Notes under the pieces: generated by a model | Database searches by the model: none | The model's input: the letters and a program-made list of their open reading frames with translations, nothing else | What the model was told of the DNA's origin: nothing | Shown: positions 18,142-27,606 of the stretch, one piece after another | Layout of the letters: every line of letters starts with the position of its first letter | Numbering within the stretch: the stretch's first letter is position 1 | Position numbers and translations under genes: made by a program | Assembly: GCA_944358705.1 (NCBI GenBank) | Contig: CALVRR010000004.1 | Span: 9,227-73,226 of the forward strand | Direction of reading: 5' to 3' | Origin: an uncultured Bacilli bacterium | Lineage (GTDB): Bacteria; Bacillota_I; Bacilli_A; RF39; UBA660 | Length of the DNA: 64,000 nt

Positions 18142-19329
18142 CTATTTCACTTTATATGGTTTACTTTCTGTACCCTTACCACTCTTAAACAATACATTAG
18201 AATCCAACATAATCACCGCTCTAGGATACATATAACTAGAAGTAGTAGTGTTTTCTAAAATTCCACTAGTACTAATACTATAAGCTTCACTGGTATTCTC
18301 ACTAGAAGCAGTAACTAACCACCATTTATAAGAAGAAACTAAATAATTATAATTTTGACAAGAGTAATCTACTGTAGTTTTACAATTTGAATCAAGACTA
18401 GCTGTCATATAATCAGAAACTGTAAGTAACCCTATCTTTTGATTTTGTAAAACTTCAGAACATTCTAAAGAATTATCCTTCAAAGTATCGGTTGTTTTTC
18501 TTTTTCCAATACATAAATCAAAACTAACTGTCTTACTACGATCATCATCAGATAAAATAGCATTATCTTCATCATTCGTTTTATAATATGTCTCTAACGA
18601 ATCACGAATACGACTAGCTGAATAAGTATTAATTCCTAAATTATAACCAACCACGGAATTATAACGATCATCCCAGGTAACGGATTCAAAAGTAGGAGCA
18701 TCTAAAATTAACATCAATTCTCCCTCTTCCGTAACTTTTACAATTCTCCATAGAGATTGCTCTAACTGAAGATAATTATTAACATTTTCTCCACGATACA
18801 CATAATTATTACCTAATTGGTAAAGTCCATCTCCCTCAGTAACAACTTTTTTAGTAACAACTTCATTTAAAGATTGTGTAACATAATCGTCTCCGCATTC
18901 CAATCTTGGAATATATAAGTACTCACTACCATTCGATTGCACAGCAACTTTACCCGTACAAGTAAGCTCTTCCCCTGTATATTCTACCATTTCATCCATA
19001 TATTCATAAGAAACCAACGTATCCACATCAATTTCTACTCTTTGATTAGGGGAAGATGGTAACTTTTTAGGATGATCTTCAAAATATTCCTTCGCAGCAT
19101 TAGTCATTATTTTCTCAATATCATCATAAGAATATGTTTTCTGCATAAACAAAGAAAGAAGAAATAAGATAAGAAATAAAAGAATAGCGCCACCTAAAAC
19201 AACTCCACCAAAAAGAAGCAATCTCTTTCGTAATTCATCATTAGAACCATGAGATTTATTAGATTTTGGCTTTTTTTCTTCACTTGTATTAATAGCATTA
19301 AAACTACCAACATTAAAATTTGTACCCAT
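18142..19329 (-). CDS. Membrane-anchored protein: pilin-like head plus DUF6273-like C-terminal domain
   Basis: TM, AAKEYF..LP..L...Y..C..Y.YIPRLEC; YVYRGENVNNY..WRIVK..GKGTESKPY. Confidence 0.6.
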   Translation of the reverse strand: MGTNFNVGSFNAINTSEEKKPKSNKSHGSNDELRKRLLLFGGVVLGGAILLFLILFLLSLFMQKTYSYDDIEKIMTNAAKEYFEDHPKKLPSSPNQRVEIDVDTLVSYEYMDEMVEYTGEELTCTGKVAVQSNGSEYLYIPRLECGDDYVTQSLNEVVTKKVVTEGDGLYQLGNNYVYRGENVNNYLQLEQSLWRIVKVTEEGELMLILDAPTFESVTWDDRYNSVVGYNLGINTYSASRIRDSLETYYKTNDEDNAILSDDDRSKTVSFDLCIGKRKTTDTLKDNSLECSEVLQNQKIGLLTVSDYMTASLDSNCKTTVDYSCQNYNYLVSSYKWWLVTASSENTSEAYSISTSGILENTTTSSYMYPRAVIMLDSNVLFKSGKGTESKPYKVK

Positions 19330-19340
19330 ATATATACCTC

Positions 19341-21785
19341 CTAATTATCAAAGAAATCATCAAAAAATTCATCATCATCGTCGTCATCATCTAAGGTTAA
19401 ATTAGTAGGACTTACTTCTTTGACATCTTTCTTCTCCTCTGTTACCACAGCACTCTTTTGTACTTCTTGTGGATTAAATGGTTTCTTAGTATCCTCAATA
19501 ATAGAAGAATCTTTTTTCTCAGTAATAGAATCAGGCAAAGAGGAATCTTTTTTATCATTAACGGAAGGAATCGTAGAATTCTTTTTCGCCTCTTGTTCTT
19601 TATTTCTCTTTTCTTCTTCTTCCAGTTCTGCTATTTTCGCATCAATCTTACGTACTAATTCATCCACATCAAATCCTAAACCATCATCTTTAGGAGCGGG
19701 CTTTGCCGAGGTTGGTGCAACTGTAGGATTAGGAACAGGAATAGGACTACTTCCAGGAGAAACTTGTGAAGTAGGATTTGGCATTCCATGAGGCATACCA
19801 GACATATTACCACCATGATTAGAAGGAGCAAAAGGATTAGACGATGGCATCGTATTAGGTCTAGCACCTCCCATTGGATTAGTAGAAGGAGCAAAAGGAG
19901 AATTACCTCCACCCATCATTGGATTTGAAGAAGAACCCATCATAGGATTAGATGGTAAACCACCAAACGGAGCTCTAGGAACACCACCACCCATTGGCGG
20001 AAAACCTCCACCAAACATATCTTTAGGAGCACCACCAGAGTTATTTCCATTATCAGCAGCATTCATCATCTCAAGTAACTTTTTCTTCTTCTGTGCCTTA
20101 ACAAACTCTTTTATATCAAAAGTATGTACTTCTTCCTTCTTACGTGTAGGATAATCAGCCTGTGGATACTTGCGTCCCCAATCCAATTGAAAATATGGAG
20201 TGAATCTTGTTTTAAAAGGTTGTTTTCTCATACGTAGAATGATAACTTCAAATTGCTTCATACGTTGTAAATCAGAAACTGTAACAAGTGGTGTAGAAGC
20301 AGTCTTTTCATCCTTCTTCGACTTAACTTCACCACACATCTTAGAAATTTCTTCCAACGCTTTCAACTCTGTAGTAATCAAATAAATAATATTACCACAG
20401 TTACCTCGAATAGTTTCTGCATTTTCTTTACCATAAACTTGATCAAGCTGAGCAAAGTTTTGAATAATCATAGTAAATCGAATATGTCTGGAACGAGCAG
20501 CCGTAATCATGGTAGTAACATCTTTTAAAGGGGGCATATTAGCAAACTCATCTAACAAGAAATTAGTACGAACAGGTAATTTTCCACCATGCATTTGTGC
20601 AACACCAATTAAGGTTTCATAAATTTGTTTCAATAAAATAGTAACCAAAGAGTGATAAGTCTTTTTCTCATCTTGAATAACAATGAAAACAGCGGTAGGA
20701 CGTTCCCCTATACTTTTTAAATCGATATCACTATGAGATAACATTTCACTTAAATTATCACGAGAAGCAAATAATTTTACTTTTTGCTTAAATACAGATA
20801 AAATGGATCCCTTAGTTTCTGTAGGAGCCATAATTGTACTAGAAGCATTAATTGCTGCAGCACTAGCTGGATCTTTTGCTGAGAAATATTCTTTAATATA
20901 AGTACTACCACCAAATTTTTCTTCACCAACCGTAGTAGCCAAAGAAATACTATTAATGTTAATTTCTTCTTCCTTAGCATCTTCAAAAAGACCTAAAGCA
21001 ACACCAGAGAAATAATCGGCAGATGTTTTTTCCCAGAATGGGTCAGCATTTTGATTAGATTCATCATACAAAATATTTAAAGCTAAGTCATCTAACAACT
21101 CAATCGCTTTATCTTGATTTCCATCTTTATACATTTGATAAGGTAAAGACATCGGATTCCAAGCATTACCATTTTGTGGATCACGGAAATTTAAAAGTAA
21201 AATCTGATAACCACGAGCACGAAGCATATTACTTGTTTTTTCATAAATTTCACCTTTAGGGTCCGTAATAATCATAGACTCTTTTGCCTTAGCTAAACTG
21301 TGAACCAAAGGTAAAATAACAGTCTGTGTTTTACCAGAACCAGTAGCACCAATAACTAATGAGTGATACTCACTATTATCTACCCACATTTCATTTTCAT
21401 TAAGAATAAGTGGAACTCCAGCAGCCGTAGAATTCTCTTGCTTAATCTCTACTCGCTCCAATTCCTCTTTAATTTCCTTTTCTTTTGCCCATCTAGAATA
21501 ACCTTTATCTTTCTTATCGGTAGTAAAACCAAATCCCTTTTCACGGTCAAAAAAGTAAGAACTAACACTTATTAATAAACCACCCAAAGCAAGAAAATAA
21601 AAAGTTAAAGTGGCAGCTATATATTTAGGTCCAAAAGCAGGAAACGGATTAAGACCAAACAAATAACCTTCCGTTGCAAAAGAAGACAAATTTAAAACAC
21701 CAATACAAACAATATATAACAAAAATATCGCAAATAAGACAAACATTAAAATATCTTCTGGATCTGCTCTAAATTTAAATTTCAT
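19341..21785 (-). CDS. VirD4/TraG type IV coupling protein with long low-complexity C-tail
   Basis: Two N-terminal TMs, GATGSGKT, TDPKGE, WNP, DPFW, LLDEFAN, ARSR..IIQ..QL...YG. Confidence 0.92.
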   Translation of the reverse strand: MKFKFRADPEDILMFVLFAIFLLYIVCIGVLNLSSFATEGYLFGLNPFPAFGPKYIAATLTFYFLALGGLLISVSSYFFDREKGFGFTTDKKDKGYSRWAKEKEIKEELERVEIKQENSTAAGVPLILNENEMWVDNSEYHSLVIGATGSGKTQTVILPLVHSLAKAKESMIITDPKGEIYEKTSNMLRARGYQILLLNFRDPQNGNAWNPMSLPYQMYKDGNQDKAIELLDDLALNILYDESNQNADPFWEKTSADYFSGVALGLFEDAKEEEININSISLATTVGEEKFGGSTYIKEYFSAKDPASAAAINASSTIMAPTETKGSILSVFKQKVKLFASRDNLSEMLSHSDIDLKSIGERPTAVFIVIQDEKKTYHSLVTILLKQIYETLIGVAQMHGGKLPVRTNFLLDEFANMPPLKDVTTMITAARSRHIRFTMIIQNFAQLDQVYGKENAETIRGNCGNIIYLITTELKALEEISKMCGEVKSKKDEKTASTPLVTVSDLQRMKQFEVIILRMRKQPFKTRFTPYFQLDWGRKYPQADYPTRKKEEVHTFDIKEFVKAQKKKKLLEMMNAADNGNNSGGAPKDMFGGGFPPMGGGVPRAPFGGLPSNPMMGSSSNPMMGGGNSPFAPSTNPMGGARPNTMPSSNPFAPSNHGGNMSGMPHGMPNPTSQVSPGSSPIPVPNPTVAPTSAKPAPKDDGLGFDVDELVRKIDAKIAELEEEEKRNKEQEAKKNSTIPSVNDKKDSSLPDSITEKKDSSIIEDTKKPFNPQEVQKSAVVTEEKKDVKEVSPTNLTLDDDDDDDEFFDDFFDN

Positions 21786-21808
21786 ATGATTACTCCCTTT
21801 CGCACTAT

Positions 21809-21837
21809 ATTATAACATCAAAATTACAAATCGTCAT
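21809..21837 (-). promoter_or_regulatory. Internal promoter for VirD4 gene
   Basis: ATGACG-17-TATAAT with extended TG (TGtTATAAT). Confidence 0.5.
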
Positions 21838-21840
21838 TAA

Positions 21841-22623
21841 TTATTGATTAGAAATTGCAATTTTAAACGCATTATCTCGAAATTCATACAACATCATTAC
21901 TGGTATTTGATTACTATACCTAGAACACATAAGAATCAATTCATATTGTTCATCATTATCAACATCCGCAACCGTATATAAATTTGGTTTGCAACCATTC
22001 ACTCCCTCATTCTTATCTACATCTTCATAAAGCATATAAATTTGATTATTATCTACCATAAATACAAAGGAAAAGTAAGTTTCTGGGAAAAAATCAATGG
22101 CAAAAACATTACTAACCACGTAAAAAGTTTCATTAACTCCATCCTTATCAAAATCAAAAGAAGATTGAGTTGCTAAAGTATAAGCAGTATCTGTATTAAG
22201 ATTATGTTCTTTTAAGACTTGATTAACATACGTATAATCCATAATTTGCGAAGTAGTAAAAGGTAAAATATCCATATCAAAATCAGCATCATAAGCAAAC
22301 AAATTTCCCTGATAAGTAACCGCATTTCTATTATCATCAAACAAATACCAACGATCATCTAACCATACAGAATAATTACCAAAATATTCATTATCAACAT
22401 ATACTTTAAATTTTTGCCAATTAACATCGGAAAGCAATTGCTGGTTAGTAACATTCATCCAATCCCTAGAAGAATAATTCCAAACCGTAGAATCACCAAC
22501 TAACAAGGTGGTCGTGGTATTACGTTCCTTGGTTTCAGAAACACCAAAAATAAGATACATTCCTACACAATAAATAATTAAAATAACAATGATAACAATA
22601 TATTTTACTTTTCCCTTTTTCAT
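21841..22623 (-). CDS. Bitopic membrane protein with DxDxDG-type Ca-binding motifs
   Basis: N-terminal TM; DFDKDG and DVDNDE loops (FG-GAP-like). Confidence 0.55.
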   Translation of the reverse strand: MKKGKVKYIVIIVILIIYCVGMYLIFGVSETKERNTTTTLLVGDSTVWNYSSRDWMNVTNQQLLSDVNWQKFKVYVDNEYFGNYSVWLDDRWYLFDDNRNAVTYQGNLFAYDADFDMDILPFTTSQIMDYTYVNQVLKEHNLNTDTAYTLATQSSFDFDKDGVNETFYVVSNVFAIDFFPETYFSFVFMVDNNQIYMLYEDVDKNEGVNGCKPNLYTVADVDNDEQYELILMCSRYSNQIPVMMLYEFRDNAFKIAISNQ

Positions 22624-22634
22624 ATTCTTTTCTC

Positions 22635-24923
22635 CTATTGAGTAACTGCAAAATAAGCTAATTCGCTAGTATTCTGCCAGTTATATTCACTCCACATATT
22701 TGTAGATTGACTAGCTGGATCCATCATTAAAATTGTATTACCATCAACACCATCAACAGCTACCCAGTGTTGACCAGTATTTCCTTTTACTTCAACAACA
22801 ACATAATATCCTTGATTAACTAAGTTTCGAATTGTTTCCAGTTTTTGTGATTGTGATTGACCAGCAAGAGTTCTCTTGGTTTGGAAAACAAAGTTTGGTG
22901 CCGCATTACTAACCGCAGCCCAGATTAAGTTCGCTCCAGAGAATCCTCCCGTAGCATTTAACTTTTGTACAAAAGTACCAGGATTAAAATCTCCATCCAC
23001 CGTAGTAGCTACACCACTTTTCGCAATTAACATAGAAACAGAAGTAGCCAAGCATCCAACACCAGCAATAGTTTTATTCGTATTACCAATGGTTATCGTA
23101 CCCCAGGCAGGATCTCCTTGTTTCCAACCAGAATAAGGCCCAGTACTACCAGTACTATTACAACCATCACCAGATCCAGTATTACATGTCATCTTATCGA
23201 TATTAGAAGCTCCATAAACTTGTAATAAGATTTGCTTATAATTAAGCCCCTGTTCAGCAAGAGAAATAAACTGATTTTGAACAGCACTCGCGTAATTTGT
23301 AGAAATAACATTTCCTTGTTCATTTACTAAAACTTCTCCCATGGTATCATTGGCTAAAGTACGCATTTTATGATCCGCAGGCAAAGGATCTTTAAATTTA
23401 ACACCATGATCAACACCACTACGAACCGTTCCGTATTGTTCCCCATCATTCATCGCCGAACATCCAAGATTAGGATTACAGTATACTTGGTCAGCAACAC
23501 AAGAAGAAAGTTGCAATATCCATTGACCATCTTCCTGCTCTAATTTTTTTCCATTTGCATTTCCCATAGACAAAGGTCGTGCCAAAGAAAAACTACGTGC
23601 CGCAACCATCTGTGCTTTAATCGCTTCATCCGGAGCAGTAGGACCAATTTCTTGATAAGCAACACCTAAAACATATTGCTCAAAAGGAACCAATTCTTCC
23701 CCTTCCAAAGGAGTATTCCAATCACCACTACCAAAAGATCCACCACATTCCATTAACCGAACTTTCAAATCATTAATTGTCATAGCTTGGCTGACATTAC
23801 CACGTCCGGAAATATAAAAACCTTTAATTTCATAAACACAAGAACCCAAACTAGCACAATTAGAAGCCGTAGAACCTATTAAACTAAAATAATCATCATA
23901 GTATTCAAAAACCTCATCTGCCCAGACTTCATAAGTACTAGCATTACCTCCAGACGTATACTTCGGAAAAATAGAATTAATTAAATTTTGTCGAAAGGTT
24001 TCCTCACTAAAACTATTACCAGAAAACATACTATTGGCAATCTCAGTAATAAATGCAGTTGTCATATCTTCATAAGTAAAATCCGCACCATGTTGATTTA
24101 AAATAATATAGACAGCAGAAATATAAACAGGATTAAAAGTTTTTCCTTGAGCTTGAAAACTATTTTTTATTTCTGCCACTCTATCAAAAAAAGCCTGAGC
24201 CAAGGGATCAGAAGTACTATAATCAATTCCACCAGTTTCTCCACCGGTAGCATCACTAACACCAAGAGCTTCATCATAACTAGCAATAACTCCTCCACCC
24301 TGAGCAACTGCTATGGAAAAGAGAAAAATGAAAAACCCACCAAGAACTGCACCAAAAATAGTCATCTTAACAGCAAGTTTACCAGAAAAAATACCTTCAA
24401 AGAAACTAGGCTTCTGTGATTTATCGTCATCATCATTACCATTATCTAAAAAATTAGGTTTTGACTTTTTAGGCCCTCCAACTCCTCCACTCGAAGAATT
24501 AGAAGCACCATCAACGCCAGATTTAGCTTTCTGTATTCGTTCTGGAGAAAGACCACTCTTTGGATCAGCACTGGCAATATCAACTGCTTTATCTGCAGCA
24601 TCTAATACTTTTTTATCATCCAGCTTCTTCATGGTCTTTCCAATACCAGGAATTTTATTTAATAATTGTGCACCCTTATTAAATACTTTGTCACCTAACT
24701 TAGTTTTTCCTAGCATATCCACAGCTTTACCAGCCGCTGGACTACCAAAGGCAGTAGCCGCACCTTTTGCCGTAGTTTTTAAAGCTTTTTTCGTAGAATC
24801 ATTTTGTTGTGCTTTATCTCTAGCACGTTTAGCTTGATAGGAAGAGTCGTCATGACCATTACTAGAATCATCACTTCGTTGTACACGATTACCATTTAGA
24901 TTTGTACCTTTCATTATGGACAT
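22635..24923 (-). CDS. VirB1-analog cell wall hydrolase: SpoIID/LytB domain plus C39-like peptidase
   Basis: TM near residue 190; FEQYVLGVAYQEI..EAIKAQMVAARSF (SpoIID); KQGD.W..GCLATSVSM..HWVAV..DP (C39_2-type). Confidence 0.75.
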   Translation of the reverse strand: MSIMKGTNLNGNRVQRSDDSSNGHDDSSYQAKRARDKAQQNDSTKKALKTTAKGAATAFGSPAAGKAVDMLGKTKLGDKVFNKGAQLLNKIPGIGKTMKKLDDKKVLDAADKAVDIASADPKSGLSPERIQKAKSGVDGASNSSSGGVGGPKKSKPNFLDNGNDDDDKSQKPSFFEGIFSGKLAVKMTIFGAVLGGFFIFLFSIAVAQGGGVIASYDEALGVSDATGGETGGIDYSTSDPLAQAFFDRVAEIKNSFQAQGKTFNPVYISAVYIILNQHGADFTYEDMTTAFITEIANSMFSGNSFSEETFRQNLINSIFPKYTSGGNASTYEVWADEVFEYYDDYFSLIGSTASNCASLGSCVYEIKGFYISGRGNVSQAMTINDLKVRLMECGGSFGSGDWNTPLEGEELVPFEQYVLGVAYQEIGPTAPDEAIKAQMVAARSFSLARPLSMGNANGKKLEQEDGQWILQLSSCVADQVYCNPNLGCSAMNDGEQYGTVRSGVDHGVKFKDPLPADHKMRTLANDTMGEVLVNEQGNVISTNYASAVQNQFISLAEQGLNYKQILLQVYGASNIDKMTCNTGSGDGCNSTGSTGPYSGWKQGDPAWGTITIGNTNKTIAGVGCLATSVSMLIAKSGVATTVDGDFNPGTFVQKLNATGGFSGANLIWAAVSNAAPNFVFQTKRTLAGQSQSQKLETIRNLVNQGYYVVVEVKGNTGQHWVAVDGVDGNTILMMDPASQSTNMWSEYNWQNTSELAYFAVTQ

Positions 24924-24949
24924 GACACATCACCACCTCAATTTAACTT

Positions 24950-26740
24950 CTAAAAACCACCACTAGAACCAAAGGAATCTAACTCTTCCTTAGTTACCGC
25001 AATATTAATACGCATACGTCTATTACCACAGACAAATAATGCTTCACCTTGAGAATATCTCTTAATACTCTCCTTTTCACTATCATTCAAATCAATTAAT
25101 AAACTTAAATCTTCAACCGCTTGCTTCTTAAGTCCCATAACCAAATAATAAGACGCATTATCAAAGATTGCTTTACCATGCATAATAACACCAGGATCAG
25201 CAAAGTCACTTGGTTGTTGCGTAATAATAATGGTACCAGTATTATATTTACGAGCACGTCTTTGTACCTGTGCTAAGAATTCTGCACCTAAACGGTTATT
25301 AGAACCAAGTAAGACATGGGCTTCATCAACCATCAAAATTGTATCCACATTAAAATCCAAACAAAGACCCCAAGCATACTTTAATACGTTAAAGAACAAA
25401 GCATCACGAATATTAGAATCCGTATTCATCAACTCTTTGATATTAAATACCATAAAATCACTATCACGACGAATGGTTGTATGACCGTCGAAATAAAAAC
25501 GTAACTCTTTCGTAATAGGACGAATCTTTAATTCCAAACGTTCCATAACATCACGTTCTTTGGTCTGTTCCGTCATAGACATCAAACGTCCTTTAATAGT
25601 TGCATAAACATCGGAAAACGTTGGATAATCTTTCGATGTATATTTAGAAAAATCAGTATTAAAATCAATTCCAAAACGTTTATAAGTATCTTGAGCAACA
25701 TCACTAAACATGGTTAATACATCTTCTTCAATCGTTGAATCATAATAAGTTAAAAATGCTTTTAAAAACTGTAAGGTACGAGTTAATACGGTATAACCAA
25801 GTCCTTGTTTAATCTCTTCTTCATCCGCATCAATAACAATTTCTAACGGATTAATTAAACCAAATTCTCCACCCTTACCAATATCAATGGTATCTCCACC
25901 ATACGTTTGTGTAATCTCACGTAATTCATCCTCTGGGTCAATAGCAACAATTTGACAACCATTACGAATATGCGTACGAAGCATAACTTTAGCAGCCGTA
26001 GATTTACCAGATCCAGAAGTACCAAGTATGATCATATTGGCATTATTACGATTATTTTCTTTACGAATTTTATATAAAAATTGATTAAATAAGATAACAC
26101 CACCAGAAAAATCTACTCCTAGTAACGTAGAAAGCCCTGGATCTTTAATACTATCAAAAATAAAAGGATACATAGCCGCAATAGTAACGGATGGTATCGG
26201 AGTACCTATTCTTTGTTCAACATCTTGAGATGGGAAAATTGGTAAAATACTCTTTAATACTTTTTCCTGCTCAAAACGTAAAGAAATAGCTTTTAACTCC
26301 ATAGCGTCCAAATAGTTCTTAACATTAACTTTCTTTAATTCTAATTCCTCTTTCGTATCCGCAGTAATCATAATGTGCATCTGAAAATCAAAGATACGAG
26401 CTTGACTACCTGCCAACATAGAAGTAAAGTATTCCAAACTTTCTGCATCCTGACGATATCTTTCACGAGTCGTTTGATCACGTTCATGTTGATATTTTTC
26501 TCTTAAATCAGCAACTTGTCTGTTCAACATCTTAGACATTGTCTGAAATGGTACAGGAATATGTTTAATAACAACTTTAATACCAGGCATATTCGTTAAA
26601 GAAGATAAATAACCAGGAGTGATATATTTAGGAAAAGAAACCACCGTCATAATAGTAGCATAATGATCACTAATATAAAAATCACTAGGATTAAAACTAA
26701 GCCCCTTAGGAGCCAATTGACTTCTTATACTTGTACTCAT
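24950..26740 (-). CDS. VirB4/TraE-like T4SS ATPase
   Basis: NANMIILGTSGSGKS, IDPEDE, INPL, MVDEAH, RRARKY..IITQQ. Confidence 0.92.
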   Translation of the reverse strand: MSTSIRSQLAPKGLSFNPSDFYISDHYATIMTVVSFPKYITPGYLSSLTNMPGIKVVIKHIPVPFQTMSKMLNRQVADLREKYQHERDQTTRERYRQDAESLEYFTSMLAGSQARIFDFQMHIMITADTKEELELKKVNVKNYLDAMELKAISLRFEQEKVLKSILPIFPSQDVEQRIGTPIPSVTIAAMYPFIFDSIKDPGLSTLLGVDFSGGVILFNQFLYKIRKENNRNNANMIILGTSGSGKSTAAKVMLRTHIRNGCQIVAIDPEDELREITQTYGGDTIDIGKGGEFGLINPLEIVIDADEEEIKQGLGYTVLTRTLQFLKAFLTYYDSTIEEDVLTMFSDVAQDTYKRFGIDFNTDFSKYTSKDYPTFSDVYATIKGRLMSMTEQTKERDVMERLELKIRPITKELRFYFDGHTTIRRDSDFMVFNIKELMNTDSNIRDALFFNVLKYAWGLCLDFNVDTILMVDEAHVLLGSNNRLGAEFLAQVQRRARKYNTGTIIITQQPSDFADPGVIMHGKAIFDNASYYLVMGLKKQAVEDLSLLIDLNDSEKESIKRYSQGEALFVCGNRRMRINIAVTKEELDSFGSSGGF

Positions 26741-27288
26741 ACAGGAATCACCGTCCCAAATTCAGTAGTTTTACCCCCATTTAAGAAATTATCTAAAATA
26801 ATTCTCAAATCATCATCGGTCGTTTGTGAAGCATTAAGTCCACAACTAGCAAGACCATTAATTAACATACGAACTTTCTTTTGAACATTATTAGGATCTT
26901 TTTCTTTAAATAAAATATAATACTCAGTATCTACAATATTATTAGTAATAAACGTATTACCCTTATCAATATCTTGCATAATAAGTTTTCTTATCGCAGG
27001 TGATTGTGCTTCATTATATAATAGTTGCAACTGCGACATATAAACAGAAATATCTACAGGTCGATCAGCAACCACTAACCAAAATTCAAAATCTATCATA
27101 TTATAAAAGTTCTTTAAACTGATAATAACATTATTTTGAGATTGATAATCTAAGATAAAAATATTACGTGGAGAAATTTTAACACCAGAGATTTTAAAAT
27201 TATCCGTAGTGATAATCATACCATTTTGAATATTTTTTACAGGTAACCAGTTTTCTGTATAATTAGTTCCGACGATTTTCTTTTTCAT
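26737..27288 (-). CDS. T4SS accessory protein resembling the N-terminal part of TraE/VirB4
   Basis: WLPVKNIQNGMIIT..SPRNIFILD..; lies between PrgI-like and VirB4 genes. Confidence 0.55.
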   Translation of the reverse strand: MKKKIVGTNYTENWLPVKNIQNGMIITTDNFKISGVKISPRNIFILDYQSQNNVIISLKNFYNMIDFEFWLVVADRPVDISVYMSQLQLLYNEAQSPAIRKLIMQDIDKGNTFITNNIVDTEYYILFKEKDPNNVQKKVRMLINGLASCGLNASQTTDDDLRIILDNFLNGGKTTEFGTVIPV

Positions 27289-27580
27289 TCATGAAACACC
27301 AACCTTTCCAATGATAAGTCTGAGTAGAAGTAAAAAACTCATACATTTCCATAATAACATTTAAGATATTATGATAGTAAGGTACTGGCATAACCAAAAA
27401 ACCACAGATAACCGCAGGGCTTACTACCAAAATAGTAACCCAGGTATCTGTCAAAGGCATAAATGCCAATAAAATAATCGTAACCATAACCCCTGATAAA
27501 AACAATACTAAATCAAAAGGACGAAACAACCCCAGAATTAATTGTCCTTTTTTGGTATTCGCTGGTATCAAATAATTCAC
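27263..27580 (-). CDS. PrgI/VirB3-like membrane protein
   Basis: YLIPAN..ILGLF..D, two TMs, position upstream of VirB4. Confidence 0.65.
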   Translation of the reverse strand: MNYLIPANTKKGQLILGLFRPFDLVLFLSGVMVTIILLAFMPLTDTWVTILVVSPAVICGFLVMPVPYYHNILNVIMEMYEFFTSTQTYHWKGWCFMNEKENRRN

Positions 27581-27606
27581 TAATAATCACCTTCCTATTC
27601 ATCATC

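Noticed and set aside
19420-25484. Plus-strand ORFs antisense to T4SS genes (e.g. 19420-19791, 22876-23136, 24313-24837, 25230-25484)
   Set aside because: Shadow frames of long, motif-bearing minus-strand genes; no RBS or family motifs
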